From Candidatus Limnocylindrales bacterium (lineage in GTDB: Bacteria; Moduliflexota; Moduliflexia; Moduliflexales; JAUQPW01), in assembly GCA_035559535.1 (NCBI GenBank), contig DATMBG010000058.1, positions 124,001-188,000 on the forward strand: a stretch of DNA of 64,000 nt, given 5' to 3'. Position 1 is the stretch's first letter. Each line of letters begins with the position of its first letter. The notes beneath the pieces are model-generated. The model had not been told where the DNA came from, made no database searches, and saw only the letters and a program-made list of their open reading frames with translations. Of the stretch, positions 20,485-29,314 are shown piece by piece. The translations under genes were made by a program, and so were the position numbers.

Positions 20485-21768
20485 ATGAAACCGGCTCATT
20501 TTCAAAGCATGAAATATCCCATGCCCGAGAAGAAGATCACCAATTTCCAAACCATTGTTATTCAATTCGAGAATGCTGCAGAACGCTTAAAATTAGAGCC
20601 TTATATGCGGAAGATTTTGAGAACACCTTTCCGGGAAATAGCGGTGCAACTTCCTGTTGTTATGGATGATGGCAGAATAGAGGTCTTTACCGGCTATAGG
20701 GTACAACACAATGGAGCCCGAGGACCTTATAAGGGAGGTCTTCGATATCATCCCGATGTCGATCTGGACGAGGTTAGAGGATTGGCCATTTTAATGACCT
20801 GGAAAACAGCCCTGATGAACCTCCCCTTCGGTGGCGGAAAAGGAGGCGTTCAGTGCGATCCCCATAAGATGTCTCCACGGGAACTGGAGCAACTAACCCG
20901 AAAATTTACGGCCAGAATTGGTTTAGTACTGGGTCCTTATCGGGATATTCTGGCCCCTGATTTAAATACCGATGAACAGGTTATGGCCTGGATATTCGAT
21001 GAGTATAGCTCCCGGCATGGGTATACGCCTTCTATTGTTACAGGTAAGCCCATTTCCCTGGGTGGTTCAATCGGAAGAAAGGAAGCTACCGGAAGAGGAA
21101 TCGTTTATATCATCCAGGAAGTCCTGAAGGATCTGGAAATAGATATCAAAACGACTACGGCAGTTATTCAAGGATTTGGTAATGTGGGATCCTATACCGC
21201 TCAGTTCCTGTATGAAGCGGGGGTAAAAATCCTGGCAGTTTCCGGCAGGGATGGGGGGATTTATAATCCGTCCGGGTTAAATATTCCCGATTTGATCAGG
21301 TATGTTCAAAATCACAGATCTGTAGCCACCTATCCTTATGGAGATCCGATTACCAATAAAGAACTTCTAAAATTGGAGTGTGATCTGCTCATTCCTGCGG
21401 CGGTAGGAGGGGTTATTACTAAAGAAGATAACGTTCTGGATCTTAAAGCTAAGATCGTGGTAGAAGCTGCCAATTGTCCCACCACACCCATCGCCGATAA
21501 AATTCTTCAAGAACGGGAGATTCCGGTTATTCCAGATATCCTGGCCAATGCCGGAGGAGTTGTGGTCTCGTATTTTGAATGGGTGCAAAATCTTCAGCAG
21601 TTCAGGTGGGATCTGGATCACATCAATCGGGAACTGCAGGCCCATCTTATTAAGGCTTATCGAGAAGTCCGTAGCCTGGCCGAGCAGGAAAAGGTAACTC
21701 TAAGAACGGCGGCCCATATGATCGCCATGGGTCGGGTTGCGGAAGCAGAGAGAATCAGAGGCCATTGA
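20485..21768 (+). CDS. Glu/Leu/Phe/Val dehydrogenase, likely glutamate dehydrogenase
   Basis: RGPYKGGLRY, MTWKTA, GGGKGG, QGFGNVG, PDILANAGGV, SYFEWVQN. Confidence 0.95.
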   Translation: MKPAHFQSMKYPMPEKKITNFQTIVIQFENAAERLKLEPYMRKILRTPFREIAVQLPVVMDDGRIEVFTGYRVQHNGARGPYKGGLRYHPDVDLDEVRGLAILMTWKTALMNLPFGGGKGGVQCDPHKMSPRELEQLTRKFTARIGLVLGPYRDILAPDLNTDEQVMAWIFDEYSSRHGYTPSIVTGKPISLGGSIGRKEATGRGIVYIIQEVLKDLEIDIKTTTAVIQGFGNVGSYTAQFLYEAGVKILAVSGRDGGIYNPSGLNIPDLIRYVQNHRSVATYPYGDPITNKELLKLECDLLIPAAVGGVITKEDNVLDLKAKIVVEAANCPTTPIADKILQEREIPVIPDILANAGGVVVSYFEWVQNLQQFRWDLDHINRELQAHLIKAYREVRSLAEQEKVTLRTAAHMIAMGRVAEAERIRGH

Positions 21769-21901
21769 AATTCTTAAATTCTTTGAATACCGCCAAAAAC
21801 ATCGAGTTAAACAAAGTAACGATTCCATACGTATCTTTGAGGATCTTTATATCTCGCCGTACCCCGGCAATTAGACTCTAACCGGACAGGCTCTTAGCTA
21901 T

Positions 21902-22660
21902 CTACAGGTACCCCTGCAGACGATACATCAGGAATCCTACCACTTCATGCAGGATAAGATCTATATTATGTAGACCACCTGCCGAAGGTATAAAACTGAA
22001 GGGAGTAACAATGGGACTGGCCATAAAATCTGTCGGATAAGCATCGGGATATATCCCTTGTTTATGAAAAACCCCCAAAGAGCGACGCATGTGATAGGAA
22101 GAAGTCACTAATAAAACGTTCTGATAGTTATACTCCCGAATGAGCCTGGCCGAGTTAACGGCATTTTCATAGGTGTTGCGGGATGTTCTGTCGGTAATAA
22201 TCTGATCGGGAGATAATCCAAGCTCTATGGCGAACCCTTTCAGCATTTCGGCTTCACTGGTCCTTCGATCGAACAAACTTCCATTCCCTCCCGAGATGAG
22301 AAGCTTATCGCCTATCCCCTGTTTCATTAAAGAAATCCCGGTCAGGATCCGGTCGACCCCCTCCCCAAACTCGATGTGACCTCTCCCGCTCAACTCGAGA
22401 TTGACCATTCCCGTAAGTACAACAATTACGTCATAGTGGGGTTTTAATCGGTCAGGAGAAGGGCGTGGCATTTCCAACCAGCTTAATACATGATTGGAGG
22501 TATAGGGGATACTCAAGACGTAGAGAACAATGAGTAGAGCTAACAACCAGCGCCGGGTATGTTTTCGATTATAGAATATAAAAATGGCCCCTAGAGATAA
22601 GAAGAGAAGCGGCAGGGTATAGACAAGAAACTGCAAAATTTTAGATAGGATGAAGAACAT
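21902..22660 (-). CDS. YdcF/DUF218 (ElyC-like) membrane protein
   Basis: N-terminal TM segments, ISGG, SEA, SRNTYENA, LVTSSYHMRR, HEVVG. Confidence 0.9.
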   Translation of the reverse strand: MFFILSKILQFLVYTLPLLFLSLGAIFIFYNRKHTRRWLLALLIVLYVLSIPYTSNHVLSWLEMPRPSPDRLKPHYDVIVVLTGMVNLELSGRGHIEFGEGVDRILTGISLMKQGIGDKLLISGGNGSLFDRRTSEAEMLKGFAIELGLSPDQIITDRTSRNTYENAVNSARLIREYNYQNVLLVTSSYHMRRSLGVFHKQGIYPDAYPTDFMASPIVTPFSFIPSAGGLHNIDLILHEVVGFLMYRLQGYL

Positions 22661-22690
22661 ATATACCTTTCAGAGTGGATGGAAAATTGT

Positions 22691-22778
22691 TGGTGCCGGA
22701 GGGGGGGATCGAACCCCCATGGGCGTAAAGCCCGCGGGATTTTGAGTCCCGTGCGTCTACCAGTTCCACCACTCCGGC
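22691..22778 (-). tRNA. tRNA-Leu(CAA)
   Basis: GCCGGAGTGGTGGAACTGGTAGAC...CT-CAA-AA, long variable arm, GGTTCGATCCC, encoded CCA. Confidence 0.96.
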
Positions 22779-22940
22779 TTCAGATCTGGGGATGTACAAT
22801 TTCCTAATTTAGGAATTCTTTTAGGCTTTGTCAAGGGAAAATCGGTGTTTAACCCTCTCTGATTGCCCTGCTCTTGGGGTAGATTCAAGAAATGGGATTT
22901 TGAGATCGCTGGATTTTTGAGGGTTTATCCTACAAACCCC

Positions 22941-22970
22941 TTGACATTCCCGGTTAGCTCCATTTATATT
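22941..22970 (+). promoter_or_regulatory. Putative sigma70 promoter of tRNA-Ala
   Basis: TTGACA at 22941, TATATT at 22965; a divergent TTGACA (22834-22829) sits upstream of tRNA-Leu. Confidence 0.55.
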
Positions 22971-23014
22971 ATAAGAGTCTGAAGAGCCCAAAAATCTTTC
23001 CGATTTCCCATAAT

Positions 23015-23088
23015 GGGGGCGTAGCTCAGTTTGGGAGAGCACGAGGCTGGCAGTCTCGGGGTCAGGGGTTCGATCCCCCTCGCCTCCA
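23015..23088 (+). tRNA. tRNA-Ala(GGC)
   Basis: GGGGGCGTAGCTCAG...CT-GGC-AG...GGTTCGATCCC; G3:U70 identity pair; CCA not encoded after the discriminator A. Confidence 0.96.
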
Positions 23089-23119
23089 TATTCCTTACCT
23101 TCGATTTGGAATAGCCTGC

Positions 23120-23920
23120 CTAAAGACCGGTTTTAATAACTTCCATAAACTGCAAAACCCTTTCTTTTTCTACCGGATTTGAGAGGACCTCTCCTTTGTG
23201 GAAAAAAGTGCCCACAATGGCCCCATCCGCGTACTGTAAAAAGGGAAGGATATTTTCTGGTTTTGCCCCACTTCCCACCAGAACCGGAACATCCGGAACA
23301 GCTCTTTTGACTTTTATCAACTCCGATAAGCTGGGTTCTACACCGGTGACCACTCCGGAGACAATCAGGGCATCGGCCAGTTCCCGGTAAGCCGTTTCTT
23401 GTGCCAGGATTTCAATCGAAGGATCTCCCAGGGGAAAGGCATGTTTGACCAGGATATCTGCGAAAATCTTTACCGGAGCTCCCAGAAATTTTCGATAGGC
23501 TAAAATTCTCTCCGGCTGTCCAATAGCAATTCCATGGGAAGTGATCATAACCCCACTGTAGATATTGACACGAATAAACCGGGCGCCTACGGTATGGGCA
23601 ATGGCTAGAGCCGCCCTGGCATCATTTCGTAACACATTAATTCCCAGGGGAATACGGATCCTACGGGAAATTTCGTGGGCGATAAGGGTCATCGCAGAAA
23701 TAGTATGAGGTTCTACTGGAGAAAGTTTGAAAGGAAGGTCTCCAATGTTTTCCACTATAATACCATGGACCCCACCTTCTGCCAGTTCCATGGCATCTTT
23801 CACGGCTCGATCCAGGATCTCAGACAGGGGAAAATGACCTCGAACACTCCCTGGAAGGGGAAGGAGATGGACCATCCCGATAATCGGCTTGGGTACACCG
23901 AAAATTTCCGTTAACGTCAT
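23120..23920 (-). CDS. BtpA/SgcQ family protein
   Basis: IIGMVHLLPLPG, VENIGDLPF, GINVLRND, ADILVKHA, VLVGSG. Confidence 0.92.
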   Translation of the reverse strand: MTLTEIFGVPKPIIGMVHLLPLPGSVRGHFPLSEILDRAVKDAMELAEGGVHGIIVENIGDLPFKLSPVEPHTISAMTLIAHEISRRIRIPLGINVLRNDARAALAIAHTVGARFIRVNIYSGVMITSHGIAIGQPERILAYRKFLGAPVKIFADILVKHAFPLGDPSIEILAQETAYRELADALIVSGVVTGVEPSLSELIKVKRAVPDVPVLVGSGAKPENILPFLQYADGAIVGTFFHKGEVLSNPVEKERVLQFMEVIKTGL

Positions 23921-24006
23921 CTGAATAGATCTCCCTCTCTTGTTAAAGAATGACCCCGTGGAATGGTCGCCGACCCGGTGCACCGTAGGTTCACAGCAAA
24001 GGAATA

Positions 24007-24996
24007 TTACCTCTCATAAACTTGAGGATTTACTACACACGCTAAATCTGGACGACCTCCTTGAAGAACCGTTACGACATTTTGGGCTGCCATTCTTCCA
24101 GAAGCCTGCGTGCTCTCAATGGAGTAACCTGCTATGTGGGACGTTAGCACAACATTCTCCAGCTCGCGTAAAGGGCTTTCTTTTAGAGGTTCTTGCTCGA
24201 AAACATCTAACCCGGCTCCGGCTATTTTCTTTTCCTGTAAGGCTTTTATCAAAGCTTTCTCATCGATCAATCCCCCACGGGCTGTATTGATGAGAAAAGC
24301 GGTTGGCTTCATCAGACTTAGGGCTTTCTCATCAATCAAATGGGAAGTTTCTGCCGATAGAGGGGCGTTAATGGAAACAAAATCTGATTCCCGGAGAAGT
24401 TCTTCCAGGGATACATATTGCACTCCATACTCCCGGGCAAAGGTTTCGTCTCGATAAATATCATAGGCTAAGATTTTCATTTCAAATCCGCGGGCCCGTT
24501 TGGCAACCCCTTTACCGATCCGACCTAATCCGATAATTCCCAAAGTCTTATTCCAGAGATCGGTACCCATAAATACTTGCCACTTTTTCTCTCGAACCGC
24601 TTTATCTGCAAGATGAATTTTTCTGGCGATGGTGAGCATGAGTCCGAAGGTGAAATCGGCCACACTATGGTTTAAAGCTCCAGGGGTTATGGTTACCACA
24701 ATTCCTCGCTCGGTGGCAGCCTGAAGATCTACACTTTCAAATCCTACCCCGCGACGCGCTATGATTTTTAGCCGATCCACCGATTCCAGAACCTTTCTCG
24801 TTAACTTAATTCCTCCGGCAATGATGGCATCAACCCCTTGAAGCATTCGGATAGCCTCTTCTTCTGTAATGACCCGATCATCTTTCTCGCCGCCATACCC
24901 ACTTTCTACGATCTCACATCCATGGGTTTTCAAATATTCGAGAGGGACAGGATCCTCATTGAAATAGCGTGGTGTAATGAGAACCTTATAAGCCAT
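24007..24996 (-). CDS. D-2-hydroxyacid / phosphoglycerate dehydrogenase-like protein
   Basis: RRGVGFE, GLGRIG, INTARGGLIDE, LDVFEQEP, SHIAG. Confidence 0.92.
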   Translation of the reverse strand: MAYKVLITPRYFNEDPVPLEYLKTHGCEIVESGYGGEKDDRVITEEEAIRMLQGVDAIIAGGIKLTRKVLESVDRLKIIARRGVGFESVDLQAATERGIVVTITPGALNHSVADFTFGLMLTIARKIHLADKAVREKKWQVFMGTDLWNKTLGIIGLGRIGKGVAKRARGFEMKILAYDIYRDETFAREYGVQYVSLEELLRESDFVSINAPLSAETSHLIDEKALSLMKPTAFLINTARGGLIDEKALIKALQEKKIAGAGLDVFEQEPLKESPLRELENVVLTSHIAGYSIESTQASGRMAAQNVVTVLQGGRPDLACVVNPQVYER

Positions 24997-26182
24997 GAGT
25001 TTTTCTCCTTTCTGCAACAATTTTTTCGATTCCTTGAAGGAAAACTTCTATTTCCGCTTCCTGAGTAAAAAAAGCAATGGAGATCCGAACTCCATCTGGT
25101 TTCTTCACCAGCCGGCTCAAGATTTTCCATCGTGACCAGAGTAAGGTGAGAAGTTCTTCACCTGGAAGAATATCTAAACTAAAGGTAATAAGGCCTGTGG
25201 ATAAAGTCGGATCTAAAGGACTATAAAGGCGGACTTCTGGAATTTGAAGCAGCCGATCTTTTGTATAGCTTACCAGGTGAGCCACCCGGGAAGCTATTTC
25301 TTGTAAATCCCAGGCGGATAAGAACTCGATTCCCTTCTCCAGGGCCATATACAAAGGTACAGCCCGGGTACCGTATTCATAACGTTCTGCTGAAGTTTTT
25401 AAGGTATAGGTGTAGGTTTCCCAGTCAAAAGTACTGCAGGAACCCCAGCCGATCTGGGAAATCTGGAGTTGAGATAAATAAGCAGGATGTATATAAAGCA
25501 TTCCAACTCCCAGAGGTCCCAACAACCACTTATGCCCACAGGCTGCATAAAAATCACATCCTATCTCCTTAACATTTACAGGAAATTGACCCACAGCCTG
25601 GGCTCCATCCAGAAGAACAGGGATCCCTTTTTTATGGGCTATCCGGCAAATTTCCTCTACAGGTAAACGGAGCCCGGTGCTACAGGTTACATGGCTCAAA
25701 GCCAGAAGCCGGGTTCGCGAAGTCAGTAAATCCGCCAATTTAGAGAGGATTTGCGAATGGGAGTTGGTCAAGGTAAGAACTTTGACCTGAAGGCCCCGGG
25801 TCCTGGCCAGGTGTAACCAGGGTAGAAGCCCGCTCTCATGCTCCTGATCTGTTATGATAACCTCATCTCCAGGCTTCCAATCGAATCCACCGGCTACGAG
25901 ATTAATTCCTTCGGAGACATTCCGGGTAAAAGCCACTTCCTGAGGGTCTGCTCCTATCAAGCGGGCTACCCTTTCACGAGCCTTTAGATATCCTTTCGTC
26001 AGTTCATCTTTTACAGCAGGATGAAAAGGGCCTTTGGAAAGTATAAATCGGTAAATTCGAGTTAATTCCTCAACCACCACCCGGGGCATAGGCCCAAAGG
26101 TTCCGGTATTCAAATATAGGGATTCTTGCAGAGCGGGAATTTCTTCTCGGACCTGATCGAATTTCATAGCCTGTAAATTCAA
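24986..26182 (-). CDS. Class V PLP aminotransferase (cysteine desulfurase/lyase-like)
   Basis: YLNTGTFGP, DQEH, LDGAQAVG, CGHKWLLGP (PLP Lys), YEYGT. Confidence 0.9.
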   Translation of the reverse strand: MNLQAMKFDQVREEIPALQESLYLNTGTFGPMPRVVVEELTRIYRFILSKGPFHPAVKDELTKGYLKARERVARLIGADPQEVAFTRNVSEGINLVAGGFDWKPGDEVIITDQEHESGLLPWLHLARTRGLQVKVLTLTNSHSQILSKLADLLTSRTRLLALSHVTCSTGLRLPVEEICRIAHKKGIPVLLDGAQAVGQFPVNVKEIGCDFYAACGHKWLLGPLGVGMLYIHPAYLSQLQISQIGWGSCSTFDWETYTYTLKTSAERYEYGTRAVPLYMALEKGIEFLSAWDLQEIASRVAHLVSYTKDRLLQIPEVRLYSPLDPTLSTGLITFSLDILPGEELLTLLWSRWKILSRLVKKPDGVRISIAFFTQEAEIEVFLQGIEKIVAERRKTHGL

Positions 26183-26208
26183 GTTTTAGATTTCTCTCTA
26201 TTTGAAAC

Positions 26209-26994
26209 TTATCTGGAGGGAGCTGCCGGACTACCCATACCCGGTGCCGGGGCAGGTCCCGTTGTAGTACCTGCTGGAGTTCCCGGTGCAGCCCCTGCCG
26301 TAGTCCCAGGTGCTGGAGTTCCCGGGGTGCCGCCTTGCGAAGTCCCTGGACCCTGAGCCGGCGTCGAACCGGTGGGGGTTGTTACAGAACGCCCCAGGTC
26401 ATAGTAGCCTACCCCCAGGGTGGTACTTTCACCCGGAGCCTGGCTGGTTACCAGAGTACCGCTTATACGTCGGGCTTCTTCTTCCGTTGTGGTATACTGG
26501 GCCGAACGGGAAAGATCTACCTGGGAATAATCCAGAATCCTTGCAGAGCCATTCCGGAAAACCGCCACGATAACACATTCATTAACAATATAGCGTTGAA
26601 TGGGAAGCACCCGACCGTTCGTCAAGGCCAAATACGTTGCCCAAACCGTCCGGCTCTGAAAACTCGGATTTGGAACAAATCCGGGCCGATTACAGGGAGA
26701 AGTGGCTGCCTGGGCAGATGACGTTTTTTCTTTACCTTTGGACCCGGGTCCGCCTGATTTTTCAGTTGCCGAAACGGTTTGTTTTCCTGTTCCAGCTTTT
26801 TTCCCAGATGGTTTTTTACCCGCTTCTTCTGAAGGCTGAGAGGACTGAGGTTTCTCAAGACCTGGACTACCCGGAGCCTGCATACCGGTTTCTTCTGCTG
26901 CAGGGATCGTTTGTACAGAAAATCCCTCGCATAAGCCGAGTATTAAAATAATAACTAAGAGTTTTTTAATCATGGAAGTCTCCTTTCTCTCCAC
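26209..26994 (-). CDS. Hypothetical secreted protein, low-complexity ends around a small beta domain
   Basis: Signal-like MIKKLLVIILILGLC; Gly/Pro/Thr-rich tail. Confidence 0.7.
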   Translation of the reverse strand: MERKETSMIKKLLVIILILGLCEGFSVQTIPAAEETGMQAPGSPGLEKPQSSQPSEEAGKKPSGKKAGTGKQTVSATEKSGGPGSKGKEKTSSAQAATSPCNRPGFVPNPSFQSRTVWATYLALTNGRVLPIQRYIVNECVIVAVFRNGSARILDYSQVDLSRSAQYTTTEEEARRISGTLVTSQAPGESTTLGVGYYDLGRSVTTPTGSTPAQGPGTSQGGTPGTPAPGTTAGAAPGTPAGTTTGPAPAPGMGSPAAPSR

Positions 26995-27252
26995 GCTTTA
27001 AAAGAGTTATATCCCTTTCTACTTTAATTAACTCTATTCGAATTAAACGCTTTGTCAATTAATATTTAGAGAGAAAAAAGAAAAGCTTTGAATTTTTTAT
27101 TGACAGATTTCTATGAAATGTGATTTCCTTAGTTAATCTCGGTATATGCTCTCTCGGAGAGGGAAGGAGGTGATAGTTACAACATTTAATGAGTTGGGTT
27201 TATCGTTTTAAGCTGAAGTGTATAACTTCGATTCCTTCGAGGAGGTGCAAGC

Positions 27253-28617
27253 ATGTTAATTATAACCAGTAAAAAAACTTTAGATGACAATCTTCCCCCG
27301 GAACCCCCTATTCCGACCCAGGTCTTAACAAATCAGGAATATATTCCGCTTCCCAAGACCGAGAAGCAGCGGCAGGTAGATTATCTGCTCAATGAATATG
27401 CAGATAAATATGGAAAGAAGCGAGGGCTTTCCAGACGAGCCTTTTTCAAAACTGCCAGTGGATTTGCTGCGGCCCTCCTGGCCATGAACAAAGTCTACGG
27501 GATGAAATTCTTTGATGTCGAGGAAGTAGAAGCCGCCGATGAAGCCGCCGCCCTTGCCAAGAAGAAACCGGGTAATCAATTCATCTTTGATGTTCAGACC
27601 CACTATCTGGATGCTCCTACCCTGAAAGCTAACTACTCGAAGGCTTTGAGCGCCAAGATGATTGTGGATCTGCTGGATGGATTCCGTAAGTCTACCGTGA
27701 AGGGAAGCGGACTTATGGATTTGAACCGGTCTACCTACATCAAAGAAATCTTCCTGGATAGTGAGACGGCCATGTGCATCATGAGCGGCGTTCCTTATGT
27801 ACCGGGCTCACCGGGGACCCTCCTTCCCATTGAGGAAATGGTTGGAACCCGAGATGAGGTCAATGCCAAAGCCGGTACTCGAAGGATGCTCAGCCATGGA
27901 CTCCCGGTTCCGACCCGAGGAAAAGCCAACCTGGATGAAATGGAAAGACAGGTTAAAGAGTTCAAAATAGATGGATGGAAACTCTATCCAGGAGATGGGG
28001 GTGAAGGGACCGGCTATCGGGGTTGGTACATGGACGATGAGAAGATAGCTTATCCGGTTTGGGAAAAAGCTAAACAACAAGGAATCAAAAATATTTCCGT
28101 CCATAAGGGATTGGCAGCCCTCTGGTTCTCCGTACCCCATTGCAAGGTAGATGATGTCCATAAAGCCGCCGAAGATTTCCCGGATCTGAATTTTATCATC
28201 TATCATTCTGGATTCCCCTGGGTCTCCGATCTGGCTTACAATCAAGGGTTTAAACCCCATGTGACCAATGTTTATCCAGAACTGGGAAGCACCTTTGCAT
28301 CGACGGTCGTGGGAGCTCCTATGACTGCCGCCCATGTTATGGGACAGCTCATCACCCATTACGGTCCTGACCGTATTATCTGGGGAACCGATAGTATCTG
28401 GTGGGGCAGTCCTCAATGGCAGATCGATGCCTTCAGGAAATTCCGTATTCCCGATGAACTGATCGCCGGATATGGATATAAACAGATTACCGATGAAGAC
28501 AAGACTAAAATCCTGGGTCTGAATGCTGCCAGACTCTACGGGATCAATGTGGAAGAAACCATGAAAAAACTCTCTATGGATGGGATCTCCCGAATGAAAA
28601 AGATCATGAACGCTTAA
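27253..28617 (+). CDS. Amidohydrolase_2-family metallohydrolase with internal Tat-like motif
   Basis: DVQTH, WKLYP, VHKG, YHSG, WGTDS; SRRAFFK near residue 60; GGAGGT RBS. Confidence 0.9.
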   Translation: MLIITSKKTLDDNLPPEPPIPTQVLTNQEYIPLPKTEKQRQVDYLLNEYADKYGKKRGLSRRAFFKTASGFAAALLAMNKVYGMKFFDVEEVEAADEAAALAKKKPGNQFIFDVQTHYLDAPTLKANYSKALSAKMIVDLLDGFRKSTVKGSGLMDLNRSTYIKEIFLDSETAMCIMSGVPYVPGSPGTLLPIEEMVGTRDEVNAKAGTRRMLSHGLPVPTRGKANLDEMERQVKEFKIDGWKLYPGDGGEGTGYRGWYMDDEKIAYPVWEKAKQQGIKNISVHKGLAALWFSVPHCKVDDVHKAAEDFPDLNFIIYHSGFPWVSDLAYNQGFKPHVTNVYPELGSTFASTVVGAPMTAAHVMGQLITHYGPDRIIWGTDSIWWGSPQWQIDAFRKFRIPDELIAGYGYKQITDEDKTKILGLNAARLYGINVEETMKKLSMDGISRMKKIMNA

Positions 28618-28627
28618 CCTCCCATCG

Positions 28628-28665
28628 AAAAAGCCCCCGACCTCTCCAGGTCCGGGGGCTTTTTT
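28628..28665 (+). terminator. Rho-independent terminator
   Basis: AAAAAGCCCCCGACCT...AGGTCCGGGGGCTTTTTT right after the stop codon. Confidence 0.85.
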
Positions 28666-28867
28666 GTTTAAAAGGGATTTTTTCCTTTGCCAAATTAACA
28701 AACTTATGTTAAAGAGGTGAGGTCTTGTACCAGCCTATAGGCCGGTATGGGAATCTTTGGGCAGGTAATGAAGAACGTAGTTTAAAAGAATAAACTTATT
28801 TTACAAACTTCCCACTCAGTAATTCTACGTTCTAAAGGCAGTAACTTCTATTAAAAAAGGATAGAGT

Positions 28868-29134
28868 ATGACGTATATTGTTAAATTAAATAAGAAATTC
28901 CAACTGACCCTTCCACCCGAAATTCGAGAAGCCCTCAAACTTCAACCCGATGATATCTTTATCCTTTGGTTGGAAGGTAAAACCTTGATACTCAAACGCA
29001 AAGATAGACCGACCTCCGTGGAGTGGATTCGGAAAAAGTCTGGATATGAGTTATCAGACCAAAACCCTCCAACGGAAGAAACAGAAGAAACCGATAACCT
29101 TGCTAATCTCAGGGAAACTCCTGAGGAGGTATGA
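28868..29134 (+). CDS. AbrB/MazE/SpoVT-family DNA-binding protein
   Basis: VKLNKKFQLTLPPEIREALKLQPDD...EGKTLILKR; no toxin gene downstream. Confidence 0.85.
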   Translation: MTYIVKLNKKFQLTLPPEIREALKLQPDDIFILWLEGKTLILKRKDRPTSVEWIRKKSGYELSDQNPPTEETEETDNLANLRETPEEV

Positions 29135-29314
29135 CGGAATACCTGTGAAAATGCGTATTACCCCTTTTATTTTTTAATGGTTACATCAAACATAACCAAT
29201 CCTTTAACCTTGCTAATCTCAGGGAAACTCCTGAGGAGGTATGACAGAATACCTGTGAAAATGCGTATTACCCCTTTTATTTTTTAATGGTTACATCAAA
29301 CATAACCAATCCTT
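29095..29314. repeat. 110-bp tandem duplication
   Basis: 29095-29204 matches 29205-29314 with one mismatch (atgacGgaat vs atgacAgaat). Confidence 0.95.

Noticed and set aside
22691..23120. tRNA-anchored genomic island
   Set aside because: No integrase and no duplicated tRNA 3' end seen in the window.
27808..28701. 297-aa minus-strand ORF
   Set aside because: Antisense shadow of the amidohydrolase; no motifs, and it crosses the terminator.
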